This document shows positions 12,544 to 25,199 of a DNA stretch of 64,000 nucleotides, in pieces. Within the stretch, counting starts at the first letter, position 1; every line of letters starts with the position of its first letter. A program made the translations under genes and the position numbers. The notes below the pieces were generated by a model. The model had not been told where the DNA came from. It searched no databases and was given only the letters and a program-made list of their open reading frames with translations. This DNA is from Isurus oxyrinchus (taxonomy: Eukaryota), in assembly GCA_026770705.1 (NCBI GenBank), contig JANJGN010000018.1, forward strand, positions 75,826,001 through 75,890,000, in the 5' to 3' direction.

Positions 12544-13494
12544 TGTTGTAGGGCATTGGATACCTTCGGTAGGTCTTAATGAAATCTTTGTAGCTTTAAG
12601 TACATTAACTGTATGAGCAGAATTTAGCTCGTCAGGCGGGCGCGGTTGGGGAGCTGACTGCTACCCGCAATCGAGGCTGGAAGGCGATTTCATGCTAGCG
12701 GGCTAATTAAGTCACACCCAGCGTGAAACGCACGTGACAGTGCCCAGCGCTGCCTGTGCGGGCGGTAGCAGCAGGGCGAGTGGGGCGTGCGCAAACTTTG
12801 TGCATGCGTGCAAGAGTGCGCTTGATAATCTCCCTGAGGCATGGAGCTGCCTCAGAGAGATGAAGAGTCTAAAAAAAAAATAAAGAAATGAAAAATGTTT
12901 TAAAACATGTGCCCTCATGTGACTCTGTCGCATGAGCTGGGACATGTTATTAATTAAATTTTAAAATTTTTATTTTATTTTTATTTGCTTTAGGAAACCT
13001 CATCCCGCCCGTGGATGAGGTTTCCTAAAAAGTGCAAAGGCTGCTTGGCCTTTTCGCCTGCCCTGCCAACCATGAAGTTGGATCGGCAGAGAAAAAGTCT
13101 ATTTAATTGATCCCTTAATGGCCTTAAGAGGCCTTTTAATTGTCAGCAGGCACGCTGCTAACTCTGGCGCGCACCCCCCGACAAAAATATTGTGCGACTA
13201 TACATTGATGTCAAGATGTTTGCCCAATGTCAAAGCTCATCAGCGGGTTGGGCGCACGCACGCCTGCCAAGCTAAAAACTTTGCCCAATGTATTTATTAA
13301 CTGCAAGAGCTATCTAGATACATACAGTTAAACGTTCAAGCTAGGAGCTGTCTCCATCCTTGATTGTACACACAGCTCTGTCCAACACTAAATTGACCCC
13401 TAAATGCAGGTCATGTGTTCTCTTACATCACTGTGTGGGCGATACTGTACTCAGTCCCACGGTAACCCTTTATGTGCCAGACCCTTATACTATA
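12544..13494 (-). repeat. 5' LTR, interrupted by a MITE (12614-13287)
   Basis: 12544-12613 plus 13288-13494 align collinearly to 9607-9881. Confidence 0.9.
12614..13287. mobile_element. ~650-bp MITE with GGGCAGAATTT-type terminal inverted repeats
   Basis: Terminal inverted repeats; homologous copies at 31519-32165 and 37655-38272; inserted within the LTR. Confidence 0.8.
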
Positions 13495-14480
13495 TTAATC
13501 ACTCCCAAATCCAAGGAGAATTGAAAGATTGTGGTCAGTGGTCAGAGCTTCTGCTAAATCTACCCTAGTTTCCCTCAGCAACTGAGGATGCATCCAACTT
13601 GGATCAAGTAGCTTGTTTACTTTGAGTGATTCCCTACCTATTTAGCACCTCCTTTCAATCTAATTTTATTCTATCCAATATTTCTATTCCTCACCTCTTC
13701 TACTGCAATATTAACTTAATCCATTTCTTTAGTGAAGACAGATGCAATGTACTCACTCTGTTCCTCAGTAATGACATCTGTCGCCACAGGAACATTTCCA
13801 TTTGTGCCTTTAATCTGACCTACCTTTCCTTTAACTATCTTTATACTTCTATATATTTATAAAATATTTTTCGATTTCCCTTTATATATTACACACTAAT
13901 CTTCTCTCATCCTCTCTTTGCCCTTCTTATACCCTTTTTCAATTTCCCCCTGCAATCTCTGTATTCTGCCTGGTTTTCAATTTTATCCTATACCTGACGT
14001 TTGTCATAGGCCACCCTTTTTCTATTTTATTTTAATCTCTTTTTCCCTTGTTATCCAGGAAGCTCTAACTTTAGATGATGAATCTTCTCTCCTTATGTGA
14101 ACATGCTTGGTTTATACCCAACCTATCTCTGCCTTGAAGACCCACAATTGCTCTTTTACAATTTGACAATTTTTTGCTTCCAGTCCAGTTATGCTAGATC
14201 CCTCTCAAATTGCTGAAAGTGGCTGTCTTCTGGTTGGGTATTTTCGCCATTGATTTTTCTGCTGTAAGGGGAATTATATAATGATCATTATTGCCCAGAT
14301 ATTGTCCTGCTGAAACACATTGCAAGTGCCTGAATTCACCCCTGAGAACAGGATTTCACACTGCTTCTTTCCACATTGGGCTAGAAAATTACTAATTAAG
14401 AAAGTTCTCTTGTACATATTTTAGGAACACTTCATCCCCTTTGCCCTTTACTTTGTCTTTTTGCCTCCTGTATGTTTTAG
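13495..14480 (-). mobile_element. CR1 LINE continuation
   Basis: Degenerate ORF2 collinear with the 8050-9606 fragment. Confidence 0.7.
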
Positions 14481-14666
14481 ATAATTGAAGTCTATTCATT
14501 GTTGACTGGTAAATTTAGAAGCTTGTAATTACTTAAAGAGTGAGTCACCGCCAGGTCCTCTTTTAAATATGTAACTCCAAAGAGTTATGATTATCATTAA
14601 TATCACATTGTTTTTTTCTGTCAATTACTCCAGTATTTATGACTATATCTGTAAGAATTTACTTAC

Positions 14667-14726
14667 CTCATCTTCAAATCTTAGTCTCTCCATACCACAT
14701 ACTGCTGAGGATGTCACCAACATTCA
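14667..14726 (-). other. Candidate antisense exon
   Basis: Minus-strand CAG acceptor and consensus GAG|GTAAGT donor ~300 nt from the promoter-like patch. Confidence 0.3.
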
Positions 14727-14989
14727 CTGTCCATATAAAATATATTTTAAAACTATGAACAGAACCAAAAAGATGTTAATGTTAATCATATTTCACGCTA
14801 TCAGATTTTTAAAAAGGGATCTTGGTGGTAAGATTGCCTCTTTAAATTTATGCAATACACTAGATAGGATATTTTCATTATTATTTAAAATTAAATACTG
14901 CACAAATGCAAAAGCATATTCGGCCCTGTACAATGGAAAGCTGATTCATGGTTTTAAAATTTTTATGAACCGAAAACATAAGCAAATGG

Positions 14990-15172
14990 ACGGCTCCACA
15001 TAGACAATAAGGTCGAGCAGAACTTCCGGGTCGAAGTGAAGCCTCAACGTGCACCTGCACCCCGACATATTCTGGTGCCATTAACACAGGTGCTGTGCTA
15101 GCTTCGGTTTTCGTAAATGGTTTTACTCTTTTTAATACTTGTTCAAGAAGAATTTGTCTGAAGTATTAGCAG
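14990..15172. promoter_or_regulatory. CpG-enriched promoter-like patch with ETS/GABP motif and a + strand splice donor
   Basis: About 8 CpGs in ~125 nt of otherwise CpG-poor, non-repeat DNA; ACTTCCGGG at 15022-15030; CAG|GTACGT at 15172/15173. Confidence 0.45.
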
Positions 15173-15538
15173 GTACGTTTGACAGGAAAAAAATTATAAT
15201 TTATTCTGTTAAATACAGCATAAAATGGTTTTAAAATGGCACCTACTTGGGTGTTGCAAATTGGTTTTGAAGTAGAAAACAACTATGTAGAACTGTAAGG
15301 TTTTTATGTAAGCTTTTTTCCAATGCTTATTGGTGTACTTTAAAAAGATGTAAGATGTGTCGTTTGGTGCACAAACAAGTTAAAATATATATTGTAGACA
15401 AAATAATGTAATTTAACAGGAATTTAAGATACTTGGTTAACAGGAAACAATACAGTGGGCGTTGACAGAAAATGGTTTAGGTTTTTTAGTTTCCACTCAC
15501 CTCAACAAAAATATAAATTTGTCGTCAATTGATTTCAG

Positions 15539-15718
15539 TAATGCACATGAGTAAGATGCAAGTTGATATATTCCATCACAATTACGTTGAACACTGGATT
15601 GTAATTAGTTGGAGTTATTTCTGAGTTCATAACTGAAGAATAGTGTAGTCAAGTTAAAGCTAACGTAAGAGCTGGTACATAAAAGGATTCTGTGAAAGAT
15701 ATAGTTCAGTCATTTCAG
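15539..15718 (+). other. Candidate non-coding (5'UTR/lncRNA) exon
   Basis: tttcAG acceptor and consensus CAG|GTGAGT donor; stops in the frames checked. Confidence 0.35.
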
Positions 15719-16227
15719 GTGAGTGAGTTTTTTTATAATTAAATATTTATCCCAATGATATGGGATTGTTTAAAGTGTTGAATGCGCTTTATATTATCAC
15801 TTAAATACTGAAAAAATTATCAGAAATGCTGCATCCTTAGAAAAGGGCTCAGATATAGATGCCATTATAAATACCTAAATATAATCCAAAAATTAATAGA
15901 AGTTAGAAGTAGCCCATTAACAACAGCTCTGAGTTACTGGACTATAAAACATAAGGCCTGAGTTCCAAGCCCAGTTCTGGATTTGTTTAAGTTTCTTCAG
16001 TTGATGAGTTTAAGTTGCAAATGAATTTCATAAGCCCTTGACTAAATCACTGAGGAGATAGAAAGGGAAACATACCAGGCTGATTCCTGCCCAGTAAAAA
16101 CAGATTCTAGTCAAATCCATGGTCTGCACTCACAAATATGCTCCATTCACTCTGAGTATACACAGATGGACAATGTCAGGCTTTTTAACTGCAGTGAAGC
16201 GGACTTACAAAAGTCAGTAAACCATTT

Positions 16228-16647
16228 CAGCTGTAGCTCATTTGGTAGCAGTTGTGCTTCTGAGTTAGAAGGTTGTGAATTTAAGTCCAAATCCATGACC
16301 TGAACACAAAAGTCAAGGCCGGCACTCCAGCGAATACTGAGGGAATGACGCACAGTTGAAGGTGTCTTCTTTCAGATGAGACATTAACCAGAGGCCCCAT
16401 CCGCCCTCTCAGCTAGATTCCATGGCACTATTTTGAAGAAGAGCAGGGTAGTTATCTCAGGTGTCCCAGCCAATATTTATTTCATAATCAATGTCACAAA
16501 CCGATTATCTGGTGATTATCATATTGCTATTGTGGGACCTTGATGTGCACAAATTGATTGCTGTGTTTCCTGCATTTCAACAGTGACTACACACTTTAGG
16601 ATGCCTTTGGTTGTGACAGGTGCTATATAAATGCAAGTCTTTCTCTC
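16228..16647 (+). mobile_element. Near full-length Deu-domain tRNA SINE (SacSINE1/AmnSINE1-like); other copies 6895-7270(-), 22140-22500(-), 33120-33420(+), 39450-39695(-), 52810-53130(-)
   Basis: A box tagctcatttggt, B-box-like gaatttaagtcc, Deu core tttcagatgagacattaaccagaggcc...catggcactatt, L2-like tail gctatataaatgcaagtctttct. Confidence 0.8.
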
Positions 16648-19499
16648 TATGCCAAGAAATCCAACTAAAAGATAAAGGAATTTGTCCCAGCATTGGCAAG
16701 TGAATTCGGTGTTTAGACTTGAACCTGTAATATATTTGTTCAAACCACAGGCTATATTTAATCTGTTGAGAAATTCATAATTTCCACACCAATTTTTTCT
16801 TTAAAAATGTGAGCTGACCCAAGTCATGCTGGAAAGCAGACCATGTGAACCTAAAATAGACAAATATCCAAAAACTCAAAATTCCGCCTGTGGTTGGATA
16901 TGGGTGGAATTCTGGTGAAGTTCTGGAGAGGCATCCTAATTTGGTTCCACTGAATTTTCACACCATCTAAACTGTTGTGCTGGGTGTTGTGCTGACAGGA
17001 ATTTCTTCTGCCCACTACTTGACACCAAACTGAGAGGAGGTGCAGGTCCCATTCTGGGCTAGTAAAGACTGCAAAATTTAGTGATAATTGATCACTGTTG
17101 CTGAATGGACCTGTCATTCCAGAGAATAAGTTTCAAAACATTTTCCTTCTGTTTGATCCAAGCTTCTGATTCTACCTCTTGGAGCATCAAGGAACCACTT
17201 TGCATTCCTCCAGCTGCACTATAGGGGTATAGACTCCATGACTTTGTTCTGGGGATTTGGAGCTGGGGTTACTGCGGGAGCGTAGTGGCAAGCAAAATTT
17301 CTATCTTCCCACACTTCTGGCAGCGTAAGATGTCTGGGCGCCAGGTTCTGGAAATTAATTTTTAATAGGCTGACGTGAGAAACAGAGGGCAGTGTCCCAG
17401 CTGGATGACTGTGCTCGACTAATGAAGTTGAATTCCTTCTGATTTCCTTGCCATTGCAGACAGTGTTTCATGTATTCCTGACAAGGTTCCAACATGCTGT
17501 GCTTACAGTGGTACAGAAAAACTTGATACCATTTGACAGTCACATTTTCTGTGGGCTCCTAATAGTGATCAAGTGAAATTGTTGACACTGCAACATCATT
17601 CCAAAAATAAGAATTCATCTGCCAAATTATTTTTTCCAAAAGTGTATACCTAGGTTCAAGTTTGTTTTGACAAACTACAAATGTATATTTTAACTTGTTC
17701 CTTTGTTTCTGGTTATTTTAACTGGAGTGCTTTATTTTGTGTAAATGTTGGGTGTGTTGTTTTCAATAAGAATGCAAGTTTTTCTTTACATCTTGTATCT
17801 AGATGCATGTTGTAGCTGTGTAAGCAAACTGGGTTGTTTCCTCTGTAGAAAATACCCGTGCAACAGTATAAAAATAAAGGTCAAATTCATATATGCTAGT
17901 CTGATATCAGCAGCTGTCTGATGTAAGCACATTTTATTTAGTTCCCAACTTATTCCCAACTACAATTGAAGGGATGTCAACTACTTCTTGCTATGGACAC
18001 AGTTAGATAGTAGCTTTTTTCCTGACATATTGCTTGCTGCGGGATTCAATTACAAGCAACATGACTCTAATTGAGAATCAAATTTATAACCCAATATGAA
18101 TTGTGTCCATTTTTAAGCTCAGTCACCTCCACACCATTGTTGAGGGTCAAGCTGTCTGCACTGCTGAAAAAGCAGATGTATGGAATGGTTGCTCTGCAAA
18201 ATAGGTGGGTGCCTCAGTCTGTCAACCAGCTCTGCACTTGGGTGGTAGATGAAACCATGATAAGGTGCAGAGCACCATTACTGCACAGGAAATGCACAAG
18301 CTTAGAGGTAGTTCCACTCATATGAACCTACCGCAATTAAGATGTTTCTGAAAGTTCTTCTAAACCACACTGAAAACATACTGCAAACAGCGAGAAATGC
18401 GTTATGCCACAAGGAAAGCAGAAGCTCACACAATTTCAAAGCATTTTCATGAAGAATTTGAGTGAAATTCAGATGGAATAGGTAGTTATAGATATTTGAA
18501 CTAGAATGTTGATAAGGTGGAAAGGTGACATATTGACTCAGTTAAGCCACATGTAGATTGAAAACAGGCACAGCCAAAAAGTAACCTTGTGTTAACAACA
18601 CTTTAAGAACTGATGCTGCTAAAAAAAAGTTAAACTCAGCTCACCTAATTAAGAAATATGGACTGACAATCAGTTATAGATGAAAGGGATATTGACAATG
18701 GGGTGGTGGTTGACGAGGTGTATGATTAAAAAAGTGATTGATGGCAGCAATTTTCAAATGACCAGGAATCGTGCCTGAGTAAATGGAACCATTAACAATG
18801 TCACTAGCATGGGGATCAGGATGGGGAACTGAATTGTCACAAGCAGAAATAGAGATGGGAATTAAAGGATTAAGATGTGGGTCATATGGAAAAAATAAGC
18901 TTAGGGAGAAAGGGGAAGTTGGATGGAAGATTTGAGTTAGATTGAGAAGAGAGAGAGGGGTGGTCGATGGGCCTTATGGTCCACTCTTGCTCCAATTTCC
19001 TGACCTCTTGGCCGAGATGAGGAAATCAGCTACGCAGATGGTCTCATTTTTAGAAACGAAGAAATCCTTAAACACTTTAAACTCGGTACTAGAGCTGAAG
19101 GTGAAGTGCGCAGGGTAAGGGATTTGAGGAGGTGCTTAGTCTCGTGGTTCCCTGAGCTTTCCAAAATAGTCTTGGAATAGAGAAGGATGCAGCAGAAGGT
19201 TTTTGGAGATAATTCCCTTCTCAAATATTTAGGATGTATGACAATTCTGGTTCATAATGTTGTCTTAATATTTTGAAAAACATAATAAACTTTCTGTATA
19301 GCTACTTTGTGGAGCTGTTTCTCCCCACATAGTCAAATATTTCCCCAATCTAGCCACACTTAGATTAACTGCAAAATTGATTTCAATACTTTGACTATAA
19401 CAATATGGTTAATTCACTGACATACTCATTACTCATTCAGAATGGTGATTTTCAAATTTTACCTGATTCTTTCTCCCATAGGAGGAGGTAGCAGTAATA

Positions 19500-21835
19500 T
19501 TGAATAGGATAAAAGTAATTATGGAGGAGGTACTTAATGTTGGCAGTCCCCAAAACAGAAACAGTCACCTGGACTGGATGTGATACATCCTAGGTTGTTG
19601 GGGGAAGTAAGGGTGGAGGTTTTGGAGGCTCTGGCCATTGTCTTTCAACCCTCCTTAGATATGGGAGTGGGAAGGGGTTAATTAATAACCTTATTGTGTG
19701 GAGTCCTTTAGGGAACAGTGACCATAACATGACAGAATTTTTCATTAGCATGGAACGTGAAGTAGCCCAATCCAAAACTAAGGTCCTAAATCTAAACAAA
19801 GGAAACTACGAATATATGAGGCATAAGTTGGCTTGGATTAGGGAACTTCATTAAAAGACATGATGGTGGATAGGCAATGGCTATTATTTAAGAAACAAAT
19901 GTATGCATTGCAACAGTTATACATTTATTTCTGGTGTAAAAGCACAACAGGAAAAGTGGCCCAACCATGGCTAACAAAAGAAATTAAGGATAGTATTAGA
20001 TCCAAAGAGCAGTCATATACAGTTGCTAGAGAAAGGAACAAGCCTGAGGACTGGGAATAGTTTAGAATTCAGCAAAGGAGGACAAAGAAATTGATTAAGA
20101 GGGGAAAAATAGATGGCTGGATTTTCCGCACCCGCCTGCCTTGGAGATCTTCCGATCCCTCTGCAAGTCAATGGACTTCTGGCTGGGGCACTGCCTCGCC
20201 CACAGCAGGTCCTGCCTGTGATGGGGCCGGAAAATCCCGGCCAGGGTATGAGAGTAAACTTGCAATGAGCATAAAAGCTGACTGTAAAAGCTTCTATAAC
20301 TATGTAAAAAGAAAAAGGTTAGTGAAAACAATTGTAGGTCCCTTACTATCCAAAATGGGAGAATTTATAATAGAGAATAAGGAACTGGCAGAACAATTAA
20401 ACAACTATTTTATTTCTGACTTCACAGAGAAAGAAACAAATAACTTCCCAGAAATGCTAGGGAACCATGGGTCTATTGAGAAGGAGGAATTGAAGGAAAT
20501 TAGTATTACTTAAAAAATAGTGCTGGAGAAATTAATGGAACTGAAAGCTGATAAATCCCCAGGGCCCGATAATCTACATCCCAGGGTACTAAAGGAGGTG
20601 GTCATGAAAATACTGGATGTATTGGTTGTCATCTTCCAAAATTCTGTAGATTCTGGAACAGTCTCAGCAGATTGGAGGGTGGCAAATGTAACCCCGCTAT
20701 TAAAAAAAGGGGGAGGGAGAAAACAGGGAATTATAGACCGGTTAGCCTAACATCAGCAGTGGGGAAAATGCTAGAGTCTATTATAAAGGATGTGATAACA
20801 GGACACTTAGAAAATATCAGTAGGATTAAACAAAGTCCACATGGATTTATGAAAGGGAAATCATGTTTGACAAACCGACTGGAGTTTTTTTGTGGACCTA
20901 ACTAGCAAAATAGATAAGGGAGAACCAGTGGATGTGGATTTGGTGGGAATGTGAGTGGTGAAGAGGATGTAAGAGGCTTCAAGGCAATTTAGACAAGTTG
21001 AATGAGTGGACAAATACATGGCAGATGCAGTATAACGTGGATATATGAAGTTATTCACTTCGGTAGGAAAAACAGAATGGCAGAGTATTATTTAAATAGT
21101 GATAGTTTGGGAAATGTTGAGGTACAAAGGGACCTGCATGTCCTTGTACACCAATCACTGAAAGCAAGCATGCAGGTGCAGCAAACAGTTAAGAAGGCAA
21201 ATAGTATGTTGGCCTTCATTGCGAGTGGACTTGAGTACAGAAACAAGGTTGTCTCACTGCAGCTGTACAGGACTGAGACCACACCTGGGGTATTGTGTGC
21301 AGTTTTGGTCTCCTAACCTAAGAAAGGGTATATTTGCCTTAGAGGGAGTGCAACGTAGGTTTACCAGACTGATTCCTGGGACGGCAGGATTGTCGTATGA
21401 GGAGAAAATGGGCCAACGAGGCCTGTATTCACTGGAGTTCTGAACAATGAGAGGGGAACCCATTGAAACACATGAAATTCTGACAGGGATGGACAGACTG
21501 GATGCAGGGATGATGTTTCCTCTGGCTGGAGGTTCTAGAACATGGGCTCACAGTCTCAGGATATGGGGTAGGCCACTTAGGATTGAGGTGAGGAGAAACT
21601 TTTTCACTCAGAGGGTGGTGAACCTGTGGAATTCTCTACCACAGAGGGCTGTGAGGGCCAAGTCACTGAATAAATTTAAGAAGGAAATAGATTTCTAGAC
21701 TCTAAATGTGTCAAGGGGTATGGGGAGAGAGTGGGAGTATGGCATGAGATAGAGGATCAGCCATGATCATATTGAATTGCGGAGCAGGCTCGAAGGGCCG
21801 AATGACCTACTTCTGCTTCTATTTTCTATGTTTCT
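19500..21835 (+). mobile_element. CR1 LINE ORF2 fragment (internally deleted; MITE at 20112-20243)
   Basis: KSPGPDNLHPRVLKE, NYRPVSLTS, HGFMKGKSCLTN, RRNFFTQRVVNLWNSLP, ctatgtttct tail. Confidence 0.9.
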
Positions 21836-21839
21836 GTGA

Positions 21840-23660
21840 CAGAGGACTTCAAGATTGCAAATGCTATGCCCTGCTCAAAGAAGGGAGACAAATAAACCTA
21901 GCAATTACAGGACAGTCAGCCTTATGTCAGTGATTAACTCAGAGAAAATAATCCAAGGCAATATTATTTGTCATGGGAAAACACGAATAATAAATCACAG
22001 TCAGCATGGATGTGTTAAAGATGAATTGTGTTTGACTATCTTGTTTGAGTTCGTTGATGAAATAATGGAGAGTGTCGAGGATGGTAATGCAGTTAATATT
22101 TTGTATATGGTCTATCAAAAGGCATTGATGCAATAAAAGAACAATGTAAAATAGCTCCTTTCATGACCAGAGGATGTCTCAAAGCTCTTTAGAACCAATT
22201 AAGTACTTTTTCGAAGAGTTGTAATTTAGAAAATATAACAAATTTGTACACAGCAAGTTCCCACAAACAGCAGTGTCACAGTGACCAGATAACCTGTTTT
22301 TGTGATGTTGATTGAGGACTAAATATTGGATCTTTTACATTTATCTGAGAGAACAGACAGGGCTTCAGTTTAACATCTCATCCAAAAGATGGAACCCCTG
22401 ACAGTGTAATATTCCCATAATTTTGGCATTCAAGTTCAGGACAGGGACTTGAACCTAGAACCTTCCAACTAACAGTCTGGCATGTTACTAACTAAGCCAA
22501 AGTTCAACTATGTAATAACCCTATTATGTAATAACCCTACATAATAGACTTATTGGAAGAATTGAAGGCCTTGGGATTAAGGGGCAGTGGCAGAGTAGAT
22601 ATGAAATTGGCTAAGGGACAGAAAGCAGATCTTAGTTGTGAATAGTTGCTTTTTGGACAAGAAGGAAGTACTCAGTGGTGTCCCCCAACCTTTGGATTGC
22701 TACTATTATACTATATGTTAATGACTTGGATTTGAATATCAGAATATTATTTTAAAGTTTGCAAATGACGCAGAGCTCAGAAATGTAGTGAATAGTGAAA
22801 AGGATAGTAAGAGACTTCAGAAGGACACGGACAGATGAAATGGGCAGAGACATGGCAGTTACAATTTAATGCATAAAAAATTGAAGTGATGGATTTTGGG
22901 AAGAAGAATGTTGGTAACATAAACCAAATGGCGCAAATTTACATGTTGTGAAGGAACAGGGAAATCTGGGGATGTGCTAAAATCAGTAAAGATGGCAGGA
23001 CAAGTTGAGAAGTTTGTTAAAAAAGCATACTGGATTCTTGGTTTTATGAACAGTGGAAGAGAGTTCAAAAGCAAAGAAGTTATACTGAATATTTAAAAAT
23101 CATTACCTAGGCCTCAAATGGTGTATTGTGCTTAATTCTGGGCACCACATTTTAGGAATGATCTTGTGGCCTTAGAGGGCATGCAGAGGAGATTTACTTA
23201 AATAGTAGCAAAGATGCAGGACTTTAGTTACTTGCAGAAACTAGAGGAACTTGGATTGTTTTCATTAGAGCCGACAAGGTTAAGGGGAGATTTAATAGAG
23301 CTGTTCAAAATCTTGGAGGGTTCTGAAAGAGTAAACAAGGAGAACCTGTTCCCAGTGCCAGGTAGGTCTATAATCATGGACACAAATTTAAGGTAATTGG
23401 TCAAAGAAACAGAGGTGAGATGAGAACAAAAATGTTTGCACAGTGAATCATTATGATCTGGGATGTACTACTTGAAAGGATGGTCGAAGCAGATTCAACA
23501 TTAACTCTCAGAAGGAAATTGGATAAATACTGGAGTAGGAAAAAGTTGCAGGGGAAAGAACAGGTGAGTGGAACTGATTTGATAGTTCTTTCAAAGAGCT
23601 GACACAGGTATGATGGGCCTAATGACCTGTTTCTGTGCTGCATCGTTCCATGATGCAATT
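21840..23660 (+). mobile_element. Older CR1 fragment with nested DeuSINE
   Basis: NYRTVSLMS and LGLFSLEPTRLRGDLIELFKI motifs. Confidence 0.85.
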
Positions 23661-24199
23661 CAGGCCAATTCTTATTGTTTCTGGTACAAACCCTCTGCTC
23701 TTCAAATAGGCATCATGGAACCTTTTATGTTCACCCGACCAGTCAGATGTGGCAGAGAAGCGTGATACCCAAATTTTTTTGTCCAGCAAAACTAGTGATG
23801 GATGGCTAATCTAGTTGTGAGCCAGCTATTTGAATTTGAAGGAGCAAAAATTGTGGCCATTTCAGAGAAACAGCCAGGATAGCGACAAAAGCATCAAAGG
23901 TGAGGTAAATGAAAAACAGAGCTCATTGATAGCTCCAGAACTATTGGGCAGAATTTTACCAGCCCCCAGGAGGCAAGAATGGAGGCGGGGGCAGCTAAAT
24001 CGGGGGGAGCTATGATGGATCAGCTTCCTGACTATGTCCCGCCATTGGGAAATTTTACTGAAGCTGGGTGTGAGCTGGTGGTTAGGATACACTCACTGAT
24101 TGACTGGAGTTAGCTTTATTTTCCAGACAGCATAAGTTTTCACATCTGAGAAATGTGAATGAGGTTGATTCTGCAATATTTGCTTTAACAGCAATTGAT

Positions 24200-25185
24200 A
24201 TCTCCATATTAATGACCGAGACCTCGGTGTATAGAATTTCAAAACTTGTGGATGATGTGAAACTTGGAAGCATTGTGAACTGTGAGGAAGATAGTGCAGA
24301 ACTTCAAAAGGACTAAACAGGTGGATGGAATGGGCAGACAGGTGGCAGATGAAATTTAATGCAGAGAAGTATGAAGTGATTCATTTAGGTAGGAAGAACA
24401 CAGAGAGACAACATAAAATAAAGGGTACAATTCTAAAATGGGTGCAGGACCAGAAGGACCAGGGTGTATATGTAAAATTACCATTGAACATGGCAGGACA
24501 GGTTGATAGAGCGGTTGATAAAGCATATAGCATCCTAGGCTTTATGAATAGGGGATTTGCGTATAAAAGCAAGGAAGTTACGTTAAACTTGTATAGAACA
24601 CTGGTTCAGCCTCAGCTGGAGTATTGTGCCCAGTTCTGGGTGCCAGGCATTAGGAAAGATGTGAAGGTAATAGAGAGAGTGCAGCAAAGATTCATGAGAA
24701 TTGTCCCAAAGATGAGGAACTTCAATTATATAAGTAGATTGGAGAAATTATAAGTGTATTACTTGGAAAAGAGGGTGAGGGGAAATTTGATATGGGTATT
24801 CAAAATAATAAGGGGTCTAAACAGGGTAGATAGGGAAAAAATGTTCCTGTTGGTAGATGGATCAAGCTCAAGAAGGTACAAATTTAAGGTATTTGGTAGA
24901 AGAAGCAATGGTGAAATGAGGGGAAATGAACTGCCTTCATGCAGTGCATGGTTAAGATCTAGAATACATTGCTTGCCAATGTGGTGGAGAAAGGGTAAAT
25001 AGAGGCATCCAAGAGTGAACTGGATTGTCATCTGAAAAGGAAAAATGTGCAGGGTAATGGGGAGAAGGTGGGAGAGTAGCATTAGGTGACTTGAGCCCTC
25101 ATAGAGCTGGTCCAGATATGACGGACCGAATGGCCTCCTTCTGTGCTGTTACAATTCTCTGAAGCTGTAATTCTATGATTCTATG
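24200..25185 (+). mobile_element. CR1 3' fragment
   Basis: WADRWQMKFNAEK...YKSKEVTLNLYRTLVQPQLEYCAQFW; attctatg tail. Confidence 0.9.
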
Positions 25186-25199
25186 GGGGACAGTTGGGG

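Larger units (their letters stand above)
9607..13494 (-). mobile_element. Non-autonomous Gypsy-type LTR retrotransposon carrying captured host coiled-coil (TPR) sequence
   Basis: Two ~275-bp direct repeats (9607-9881; 12544-13494 split by a MITE), PBS TGGTGGCAGTGAGG next to the 5' LTR, PPT GGGGGAGG next to the 3' LTR, gag N-terminus, integrase-tail motif TRYGRVIRPPDSLNL*; no RT/RH/IN core. Confidence 0.9.

Noticed and set aside
14587-15003. 138-aa ORF
   Set aside because: AT-rich, no motif and no splice support on this strand.
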